From contig CAJWAE010000001.1 in NCBI GenBank assembly GCA_913020075.1, positions 1,425-65,424 of the forward strand: 64,000 nt of DNA, written 5' to 3'. The position numbers and the translations under genes are program-made. Below, one piece after another: positions 28,850-36,204 of the stretch (position 1 is its first letter; each line of letters opens with the position of its first letter). Under the pieces are notes generated by a model, which saw only the letters and a program-made list of their open reading frames with translations, did not search any database and was not told the origin of the DNA. The DNA is from an uncultured Flavobacteriaceae bacterium (GTDB lineage: Bacteria; Bacteroidota; Bacteroidia; Flavobacteriales; Flavobacteriaceae).

Positions 28850-29351
28850 TTTGATCAATTTTGATTCATTTTGATCAATTTTTAAAAACTTGTTTTGATA
28901 AAAATGATGGAATTAGCCTATGATTAAATTCAGACGGTTTTTCATTACATTTAAAAATCTTAAAGTCATTTACCAGAATCTCCAGCTTATTTTCCAAAAG
29001 ACCAATTAACCGATAAACCTGAACGTTTTTTTTGTAAATGAAGCCGTTCGAGAACAAATTCTTGAGTTATATTCTAAATAAATACCTTATGCCGAAGAAG
29101 TGGTTACAGAGGATTTTATTGAAGACTCAAAAATTATTAAGATTAGATCCATCATCATGGTTGAGCGGAAAACATAGTAAGTTTTTATAATTGGTTACAA
29201 ATGAAGTGCCTTGAAACTAGTTGGAATTGGATCTAGAAAATCTTTAGAAGCTTTTTTTGGAAAACAAATTCATATAGAACTTTATGTAAAAGTTTCAAAA
29301 AATTGGAGGACTAACAAACAACAATTAAAGCGTTTTGGCTACAATAATTAA
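28850..29351 (+). pseudogene. era: Decayed 3' half of GTPase Era (no G1-G3 region; multiple stops and frameshifts)
   Basis: My translation is ...SHLPESPAYFPKDQLTDKPERFF, a frameshift in a T-run, then VNEAVREQILELYSK*IPYAEEVVTEDFIEDSKIIKIRSIIMVERKT**...SALKLVGIGSRKSLEAFFGKQIHIELYVKVSKNWRTNKQQLKRFGYNN*. This is the Era KH-domain region. The 60-aa track ORF 28875..29057 is antisense to it. Confidence 0.65.
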
Positions 29352-29402
29352 TCTAATATCAAGCGCTTTCTTTATCTTTAAAATGAAATTAAAAAATATA
29401 CT

Positions 29403-30995
29403 TTGAAAAAGTTAATAATTCTTGTTCTTGGTGTTATTTTCTTTACATCCTGTGAAAAAAATGAAACACCTCCTAATATTATTTTTATCATGTCCGATGA
29501 TCATGCCTATCAGGCTATAAGTGCGTATGGGTATGGACTTAATAATACTCCAAATATCGATCGAATTGCAAATGAAGGTGCGCGATTTGATAAAGGGTTT
29601 GTTACCAATTCTATTTGCGCACCAAGCCGAGCTGTTATGCTTACCGGAAAACATAGCTTTGTCAATGGTAAAGTAGATAATATTCAAGATTTCAACTGGG
29701 ATCAAGATAATTTTGCAAAACAATTGCAAACTGAAGGATACCAAACTGCTATGGTGGGTAAAATTCATTTAAGAGGACTACCTCAAGGATTTGATTATTC
29801 AGCGGTTTTACATGGACAAGGGCATTATTATAATCCTGATTTTTTGATTGATGGAATCACAAAAAGAATCGAAGGATATGTTACAAATATTACAACAAAA
29901 TTAAGTTTAGATTGGCTGAAAAACAAACGAGATCCAAACAAACCTTTCTTGTTATTATATCACCAAAAAGCACCTCACAGAAACTGGAAACCAGAAGAAA
30001 AATATCTTACCCTTTTTGACGATAAAACATTTGATCCTCCAACAAACTTTTTTGATGATTATTCCAATCGAGGGACGGCAGCCAAAACACAAGAGATGTT
30101 AATTGCAGCTTCAGAGGAACAAATCGATGTAACGCGGGGTAATTGGGGACATGGTCGTTGGGGACATGATTTTAAAATGTTGACTGATCCTTACGGAAAT
30201 AATACAGGATTTGAAAAAGAATTAGAACGTTTTTCTCCAGAACAAAAAGCAGCATGGTTGAATGCCTATACTCCAAAAAATCAGGTAATGAAATCCCAAA
30301 ATCTAAAAGGAAAAGAACTTGCGTTATGGAAATTCAATCGTTATCTGAAAGACTATTTGCGTACCATTCAATCTGTAGATGATGGTGTAGGTAAAGTTTT
30401 AGATTATCTAGATCAAGAAGGTTTGGCAGAAAATACTATTGTAGTATACACCTCAGATCAAGGGTTTTATTTGGGAGAACACGGTTGGTTTGACAAACGA
30501 TTTATGTATGAAGAGTCTCTGCGCACTCCAATATTAATACGCTATCCTAAAGAAATTCCAGCAGGATCTAAAATAAATGCATTAATTCAAAACTTAGATT
30601 TTGCACCTACATTTTTAGATTATGCCAATACTCCTATTCCAGATGATATACAGGGAGAGTCATTCCGTGATATCGTAAATCAAAAAACAACAAAAGGACG
30701 CGATGCAATCTATTATACCTATTATGAATACCCTTCTGTTCATATGGTAAAAAGACATTATGGGGTCAGAACAGAGCGCTATAAGCTAATGCATTTTTAT
30801 TACGATATTGATGAGTGGGAACTATATGATCTTGAAGCAGATCCTTCTGAAATGAATAATTTATACGGGCAAAAAGAATATTTAGAAGTGCAGGAAAAAA
30901 TGCATTTACGCTTAACAGAATTAAGAGAAAAATATGGTGATTCTGATGACCTAAATCAAATGCACATTGAACGCTATTTATCCAATATTAATTAA
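29403..30995 (+). CDS. Cys-type sulfatase (S1 family) lipoprotein
   Basis: TTG start gives MKKLIILVLGVIFFTSC (lipobox). IIFIMSDDH, the formylglycine motif CAPSRAVMLTGK, and YTSDQGFYLGEHGWFDKRFMYEES. Confidence 0.85.
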   Translation: MKKLIILVLGVIFFTSCEKNETPPNIIFIMSDDHAYQAISAYGYGLNNTPNIDRIANEGARFDKGFVTNSICAPSRAVMLTGKHSFVNGKVDNIQDFNWDQDNFAKQLQTEGYQTAMVGKIHLRGLPQGFDYSAVLHGQGHYYNPDFLIDGITKRIEGYVTNITTKLSLDWLKNKRDPNKPFLLLYHQKAPHRNWKPEEKYLTLFDDKTFDPPTNFFDDYSNRGTAAKTQEMLIAASEEQIDVTRGNWGHGRWGHDFKMLTDPYGNNTGFEKELERFSPEQKAAWLNAYTPKNQVMKSQNLKGKELALWKFNRYLKDYLRTIQSVDDGVGKVLDYLDQEGLAENTIVVYTSDQGFYLGEHGWFDKRFMYEESLRTPILIRYPKEIPAGSKINALIQNLDFAPTFLDYANTPIPDDIQGESFRDIVNQKTTKGRDAIYYTYYEYPSVHMVKRHYGVRTERYKLMHFYYDIDEWELYDLEADPSEMNNLYGQKEYLEVQEKMHLRLTELREKYGDSDDLNQMHIERYLSNIN

Positions 30996-31015
30996 ATTAT
31001 TTAATTAATATCAAA

Positions 31016-31237
31016 AATATTGATCTGCACGGAGTTCGGCATAAAGAAGCTTTAGAAGATCTACACTAATTATTAAGCAAAGAAGAAGGTTACATACAAG
31101 ACTTGAAGTTTAATGTCAAGCAACTATAAGGGCTTAAACCTGAAATAGTGTACTTAACTTTAGAGGAGTTTAGAAAACTTGAGAATACAGATGAGAAAAA
31201 TTCTACCTTAAAGGGTGCTTTTATGCTTCCAGTTTAA
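31016..31237 (+). pseudogene. Short internal fragment of a Bacteroidota-type tyrosine recombinase/integrase
   Basis: One frame with two in-frame stops: NIDLHGVRHKEALEDLH*LLSKEEGYIQDLKFNVKQL*GLKPEIVYLTLEEFRKLENTDEKNSTLKGAFMLPV*. It resembles the A.KEGYI...r.YLT.EE...L......lK.AFlFsc region that precedes the catalytic domain. Recognised by eye only. Confidence 0.4.
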
Positions 31238-31259
31238 AAAAAATTTAAAAATATATTAT

Positions 31260-32555
31260 ATGAAAAATGCAATATTTATATTATTATTTTCGATGAGTTT
31301 TATCTCATGTAAAAAGACTTCAGACAATACAAAAGAAAATGTTATTCTTGACCGAGCCATGTATCAAGATCAGTTAGAGGGGTTTTGGCTGGGACAATGC
31401 ATTGCAAATTGGACTGGATTAATAACCGAAATGGATAAAATAGGAATTCCTTCTAATGGGATGGGAGAAGGGTTTTATACACGAGAAGATTGGGGAAAGA
31501 AAGATCAGCCTAACATATGGGGATTTAATGACTTATCAGAAACTATTGATTTTATTTATGCTGAAAAAGATAGTATCTGGGGAGCTGATGATGACACTGA
31601 CATCGAATATATCTATCAAGAATTATTATTCAGTAGTCCAACACTTGATATAACAGGAGAACAAATTAGACAAGCATGGTTAGACCATATCAACATTGAA
31701 GAGGAAAATTATTTGTGGGTATCCAATCAGAAAGCTTTTGACTTAATGCAAGAAGGAAAAATTCCACCAGAAACAAGTGATCCTGATTTAAATGAACATT
31801 ATGAGATGATTGATGCTCAATTAACAACTGAAATTTTCGGATTTTATGCACCTACTAAACCAATAATTGCTGTTGAATTAGCTCATTTAGCAGTAAGAAC
31901 CACTGCGAGAAATAATGCAGCTTGGATTGCTGAATTTAATATTATCATGTATTCATTAGCTAGTTTAGAGACACAACATAAAAATATTAAGGATAAGTTA
32001 CAATGGATGGCTAAAGAGGCACGAAAACACATTCCAAATGATTCGTATTCAGCTAAAATATATGATTTTGTTTCTGCTCAATATCAGTCTGGAGTATCTT
32101 GGGAAACAGCTCGTGATTTACTCCACTACAAATATCAAATCCAACAAGCAGATGGTTATCAGTGGTCTACTTTAGATGAAAGCTGTAACGGTTGTTTTGC
32201 TTCGGGAATTAATTTTGGGGCCAGTATTGTAAGTTTATTATACGGTGAAGGAAATATAAAGGAAACAATAAAAATTGGCGCTCTAACAGGTTGGGATTCA
32301 GATAATCCAACTGCTACTTGGGGAGGCTTATTGGGATTCATGATTGGTAAAAATGAAATCGAAAAAGTTTTTGATAAAGAGTTTGCTGTCGAATTCAATA
32401 TCCACAGAACTAGAAAAGGATTTCCTAATAATGGAATCGATACTTTTGAGAACATGGCTAAAAAAGGAATCGCTATTGTTGATCGTGTAGTTGAAGGTAA
32501 AATGAGTGGAAGCGTTGATTTGAAAAAAAATCAATGGATAATTCCAATCAAATAA
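31260..32555 (+). CDS. ADP-ribosylglycohydrolase (ARH/DraG fold) family lipoprotein
   Basis: The track ORF starts at GTG 31215. It was trimmed to ATG 31260 (MKNAIFILLFSMSFISC lipobox). ARH-type metal-ligand motifs: GADDDTDIEY and GWDSDNPTATWGGLLG. Confidence 0.8.
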   Translation: MKNAIFILLFSMSFISCKKTSDNTKENVILDRAMYQDQLEGFWLGQCIANWTGLITEMDKIGIPSNGMGEGFYTREDWGKKDQPNIWGFNDLSETIDFIYAEKDSIWGADDDTDIEYIYQELLFSSPTLDITGEQIRQAWLDHINIEEENYLWVSNQKAFDLMQEGKIPPETSDPDLNEHYEMIDAQLTTEIFGFYAPTKPIIAVELAHLAVRTTARNNAAWIAEFNIIMYSLASLETQHKNIKDKLQWMAKEARKHIPNDSYSAKIYDFVSAQYQSGVSWETARDLLHYKYQIQQADGYQWSTLDESCNGCFASGINFGASIVSLLYGEGNIKETIKIGALTGWDSDNPTATWGGLLGFMIGKNEIEKVFDKEFAVEFNIHRTRKGFPNNGIDTFENMAKKGIAIVDRVVEGKMSGSVDLKKNQWIIPIK

Positions 32556-32574
32556 TTAGGTATATTTTTTAGCT

Positions 32575-32613
32575 ATTATAATTGTACATCACTTTGCAAC
32601 TATAATTTTTTTT
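32575..32613 (+). terminator. Candidate intrinsic terminator after the ARH gene
   Basis: attataattg / caactataat forms a 10-bp stem with 1 mismatch and a 12-nt loop, followed by a T8 run. Confidence 0.45.
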
Positions 32614-33036
32614 CGGATTTTAGGTGATATTGAAATGAAACACTAAATTATGGTTGGTGCCAGACCATTTATCTTTATTATACTTGTATAAAGTGTTATT
32701 TTTAATTAAATAGAAGTTTTCTTTTTGAGAGAAATTAGAGTCTCATATGATGAAAATCAACCCAGAACTACAACTAGAATTTTAAACCCAAATTAATTTT
32801 GAAGTAGATTGGTTTAAGTAAGTGTTTATGTCAACTTCCAATATGGCTAATATATTTAGTGTCTTAAATGCTGATGTTTTGGGTTATATACTAGATACAA
32901 CAAGTAATGTCTAAATAAAAAAACGATTCTAAAAACCTCACCCCATGTTTAGAAATGAAAGAATGTTTGGAAACTTTTAGCTTTTTATATCATACCGTTA
33001 GGGAAAAACATATGGTTTGTTGCCAATATGAACAAT

Positions 33037-33074
33037 AAAAAAACCGCAATGCCTTATTTACAAATACATTACGG
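33037..33074 (-). terminator. Intrinsic terminator of tRNA-Leu
   Basis: On the minus strand, CCGTAATG-(15 nt)-CATTGCGG forms an 8-bp stem with one G-U pair, followed by TTTTTTT. It starts about 10 nt after the tRNA 3' end. Confidence 0.6.
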
Positions 33075-33084
33075 ATTATTAGAG

Positions 33085-33166
33085 TACCTTGGGTGGGAAT
33101 CGAACCCACACTCCCGAAAGAACTGGATTTTGAATCCAGCGCGTCTACCAATTCCGCCACCAAGGC
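33085..33166 (-). tRNA. tRNA-Leu (anticodon CAA), class II with long variable arm
   Basis: The reverse complement is GCCTTGGTGGCGGAATTGGTAGACGCGCTGGATTCAAAATCCAGTTCTTTCGGGAGTGTGGGTTCGATTCCCACCCAAGGTA. The acceptor stem is GCCTTGG/CCAAGGT, the anticodon stem CTGGA/TCCAG with loop TTCAAAA, and the T-arm is GGTTCGATTCC. Confidence 0.9.
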
Positions 33167-33198
33167 TAATCGCGGTAAAAATAGTAAATTATTTATTC

Positions 33199-33217
33199 TG
33201 TCAATTTAAAATTGACA
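33199..33217. repeat. Perfect 19-bp palindrome TGTCAATTTAAAATTGACA between the tRNA-Leu and prs starts
   Basis: The 9-bp arms were checked base by base. It presents TTGACA on both strands. Confidence 0.9.
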
Positions 33218-33243
33218 TTAATACCTAACACTTATTTATTTTT

Positions 33244-33251
33244 TAGATTTG
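33244..33251 (+). promoter_or_regulatory. -7 box TAGATTTG upstream of prs
   Basis: Exact TAnnTTTG match, 17 nt upstream of ATG 33269. Confidence 0.45.
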
Positions 33252-33268
33252 TATTCTTAAACCTTTTT

Positions 33269-34201
33269 ATGGAAACTCCTGCAAAAATATTCCCCTGTAC
33301 TCAAAGTATAGAACTAGCAACCAAAATTGCTGATAAATTCGGCATTAAAATTGGAAAAGTAAATTTTTCACGATACAGTGACGGAGAATTTCAACCCTCA
33401 TTTGAAGAATCTGTAAGAGGATCACGCGTTTTTTTAATTGGATCTACACATCCTTCCTCCGAAAATTTAATGGAATTATTATTGATGTTAGATGCTGCAA
33501 AACGCGCTTCAGCTAGACACATAACAGCAGTTATTCCCTACTTTGGATGGGCAAGACAAGATCGGAAAGACAAGCCTAGAGTACCTATTGGAGCTAAGCT
33601 AATCGCAAAATTATTAGAAACTGCTGGAGCAACGCGAATTATTACCATGGATTTACATGCTGATCAAATTCAGGGCTTTTTTGAAAAACCAGTCGATCAT
33701 TTATTCGCATCCTCCTTGTTCCTTCCCTATATTGAGTCACTTGGCTTAAGTAATTTAACGATTGCTTCACCAGATATGGGAGGTTCTAAAAGAGCATATG
33801 CTTATTCCAAGTATCTGACTAGTGATGTTGTGATTTGCTACAAACAAAGAGAAAAAGCTAATATAATTTCACACATGGAATTAATTGGTAAAGTTGACGG
33901 TAAGCACGTTATCTTGGTTGATGATATGGTAGACACTGCTGGAACATTAACTAAAGCCGCAGATTTGATGAAGGAAAGAGGAGCATTATCTGTTCGTGCA
34001 ATTTGTACGCATGCCATTTTATCTGGAAATGCTTATGAAAAAATTCAAGATTCGCAACTAGAGGAATTAATTGTGACTGATTCTATACCTTCTAAAATTA
34101 GTCACCCTAAAGTAAAAATATTATCTTGCGCCCCATTATTCGCTGAGGTTATGAAAAATGTTCATTCCAACCAGTCTATAAGTTCTAAATTTATAATGTA
34201 A
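33269..34201 (+). CDS. prs: Ribose-phosphate pyrophosphokinase
   Basis: Trimmed to ATG 33269 (METPAKIF). Motifs: [47 protein letters not shown]. Confidence 0.9.
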   Translation: METPAKIFPCTQSIELATKIADKFGIKIGKVNFSRYSDGEFQPSFEESVRGSRVFLIGSTHPSSENLMELLLMLDAAKRASARHITAVIPYFGWARQDRKDKPRVPIGAKLIAKLLETAGATRIITMDLHADQIQGFFEKPVDHLFASSLFLPYIESLGLSNLTIASPDMGGSKRAYAYSKYLTSDVVICYKQREKANIISHMELIGKVDGKHVILVDDMVDTAGTLTKAADLMKERGALSVRAICTHAILSGNAYEKIQDSQLEELIVTDSIPSKISHPKVKILSCAPLFAEVMKNVHSNQSISSKFIM

Positions 34202-34212
34202 AAAAAAAAAAA

Positions 34213-34848
34213 ATGAAATCTATTACCATTAAAGGTTCTAAAAGAGAAAGCGTAGGCAAGGTGTCAACCAAAGCTTTACGCAATGCTGGCAGAGTTCCCT
34301 GTGTTTTATATGGTGGAGGCGAACCTCTTCACTTTTCATCACCGGAACTTGATTTCAGCAAACTAGTTTACACTCCTAATGCGCACACTGTCATTATTAC
34401 ACTTGATCAAGGAAATAAAGTAGATGCTATTCTACAAGACATACAATTTCATCCTTTAACAGATAAAATTTTGCATATTGACTTTTATCGCCTGTTTGAA
34501 GATAAAGAAGTTTCAATGAATATTCCCGTAAAAATTGAAGGTGCTGCACCGGGCGTTTTAATTGGTGGTGGTGTACTTAGTGTAAATAAACGTAAACTCC
34601 GCGTAAAAGCTTTACCTAAAAATCTTCCTGATTATCTCCTTGTAAATATTTCTGAGCTAGACTTAGGAAATAAGGTATATACTTCAGAATTAAAAACAGA
34701 AACATATACTATTCTTCATCCTGACAATCAAGTTGTTTGTCAAGTTCGTACTTCTAGAGCGTCTATTGTAGAGGAAGTTGAAGAAACTGAGGTTAGTGAA
34801 GAAGGAACTACTGATTCAGAAGCAACAACAGAAGCCAAAGCTGAATAA
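34213..34848 (+). CDS. rplY: 50S ribosomal protein L25/general stress protein Ctc
   Basis: [21 protein letters not shown] and [19 protein letters not shown], with an acidic C-terminal tail. Confidence 0.9.
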   Translation: MKSITIKGSKRESVGKVSTKALRNAGRVPCVLYGGGEPLHFSSPELDFSKLVYTPNAHTVIITLDQGNKVDAILQDIQFHPLTDKILHIDFYRLFEDKEVSMNIPVKIEGAAPGVLIGGGVLSVNKRKLRVKALPKNLPDYLLVNISELDLGNKVYTSELKTETYTILHPDNQVVCQVRTSRASIVEEVEETEVSEEGTTDSEATTEAKAE

Positions 34849-34868
34849 ATTTAAGTTTTTTAAAATAA

Positions 34869-34902
34869 AAAGCATGTGGTTTGAAAATCATATGCTTTTT
34901 TT
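34869..34902 (+). terminator. Intrinsic terminator after rplY
   Basis: aaagcatgtg / catatgcttt forms a 10-bp stem with one G-U pair and a 10-nt loop, followed by a T-run. Confidence 0.6.
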
Positions 34903-34913
34903 ATTTTAGAGGT

Positions 34914-35525
34914 ATGTTTTCATTTAAGTCTTTATTTTTTAAAAAACCTTCTTTAGCAATGAATAAATTTTTGATAGTTGGACTCGGTAATGTAGGTGAA
35001 GAATATGAAGATACTCGTCATAATGTAGGATTTAAGATACTTAATCGATTAGCAGATGACTATAATTGTATTTGGGAATCACAAAAACTATCAAGCCGAA
35101 CCTTATTAAAACACAAGGGAAAACAATTCATCTTAATAAAACCAACTACCTTTATGAATCGAAGTGGAAAAGCCGTGAGGTATTGGGCGCTTAAAGAAAA
35201 TATTTCCATTGAAAATATTCTAATACTAACTGATGAACTCCATTTACCATTCGGAAGTCTAAGAATACGCAGCAAAGGAAGTCCAGCAGGCCATAATGGT
35301 TTAAAAGACATTGAATCAGAACTAAATACTTCTAATTATGCCCGGCTTCGATTTGGTATTTGTCAAGAAAGTAAGCCTTACGATCAAGTGAAATTTGTTT
35401 TATCCAATTGGGACTCTGAAGAAGAAAAAAGCTTGCCAGAAAGACTAGAGCTTACCTCAAGAGCAATTTTATTGTTTGGATTAGAAGGAGTTCAAAATAC
35501 AATGAATCAATTTAATGGAAAATAA
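34914..35525 (+). CDS. pth: Peptidyl-tRNA hydrolase
   Basis: LIVGLGNVGEEYEDTRHNVGF, KPTTFMNRSG, AGHNGLKDI. The start was set to ATG 34914, just past the terminator. ATG 34959 is an alternative. Confidence 0.85.
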   Translation: MFSFKSLFFKKPSLAMNKFLIVGLGNVGEEYEDTRHNVGFKILNRLADDYNCIWESQKLSSRTLLKHKGKQFILIKPTTFMNRSGKAVRYWALKENISIENILILTDELHLPFGSLRIRSKGSPAGHNGLKDIESELNTSNYARLRFGICQESKPYDQVKFVLSNWDSEEEKSLPERLELTSRAILLFGLEGVQNTMNQFNGK

Positions 35526-35529
35526 ATAA

Positions 35530-36204
35530 TTATTCTGTATCAAATTGAAAAATAGAAGAAAAAGAACGGTTTAATTCGTCATCTATAGTTTCTACTTGCC
35601 AAAAATAAGTGGTATCTGTCGTTAAAATCTGAGAGTATTGGCTTGAACTAATCAATTCTTTAACTAAATCCAATTCTGAAATATCTATTCCAAGATATAA
35701 GTTATACGAATTTATATCATTATCCAAATCAGTACCACTCCATCGAAAAATAAATTCTCCAGATATATTTAAACTAACATTTGATTTATCTTCTGGCTGA
35801 ATTAAAACTGCAGGAAAAGGTAAATGACTAGATTCAGGGTTTCCCTCTAAATAAAATTGCCATTCCAAACTTTTGCCTGTGGCAATAGTTGCGATAGATT
35901 TTGAAAGTACATGCCATTTATAGGGTGCTCCTTGATTTAAAATAATCGCCTCTTTTAACAAAGAAGTATTCACGGTTTTTTGATTACCTGTTAAAGCATT
36001 TTGAATGATCAATTGATAAGAATCCGTATGAAATGAAGTTGTCCATTCAAATATAACTTGCTGTTGGTTTTTATTAATTCTTGTTGCTGATTTACAGGAA
36101 TTTAAATTAATGGGAGCAATTAAAATAGGTGCAGCGGGATCTGGAATTGGATCTGGCCCACAACTCAAAAAAAACATAAACAATAAAAAAAATAAATTTT
36201 TCAT
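35530..36204 (-). CDS. Lipoprotein with two FN3/Ig-like repeat modules, unknown function
   Basis: Lipobox FFLSC. There are two modules of about 90 aa, each with a ...F.W......Y.L...........W.V pattern (FEWTTSFHTDSYQL...YKWHV and FRWSGTD...YNLYL...YFWQV). It overlaps the upstream protease gene by 4 nt. Confidence 0.55.
   Translation of the reverse strand: MKNLFFLLFMFFLSCGPDPIPDPAAPILIAPINLNSCKSATRINKNQQQVIFEWTTSFHTDSYQLIIQNALTGNQKTVNTSLLKEAIILNQGAPYKWHVLSKSIATIATGKSLEWQFYLEGNPESSHLPFPAVLIQPEDKSNVSLNISGEFIFRWSGTDLDNDINSYNLYLGIDISELDLVKELISSSQYSQILTTDTTYFWQVETIDDELNRSFSSIFQFDTE

Noticed and set aside
28875-29057. 60-aa minus-strand ORF in the TIM-barrel/sulfatase gap
   Set aside because: It is antisense to the recognisable Era pseudogene sequence on the plus strand, and it has no start context or family resemblance.
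31016-31066. IDLHGVRHKEALEDL resembling the Smr-domain motif (DLHG...EA)
   Set aside because: Only about 15 residues, with no ATG and no further Smr-like sequence. It is in the same frame as the integrase-like fragment and is more economically read as part of that fossil.
31260-32555. ARH-fold gene as a DarG-like antitoxin or an anti-defence ADP-ribosylation reversal enzyme
   Set aside because: It carries a lipoprotein export signal. There is no adjacent DarT-like or ART toxin gene, and it lacks a macrodomain. A toxin-antitoxin or defence reading is not supported.
33028-33228. 66-aa plus-strand ORF
   Set aside because: It lies directly on top of the tRNA-Leu gene (33085..33166, minus strand) and its terminator, so it is a translation artefact of structured RNA sequence.
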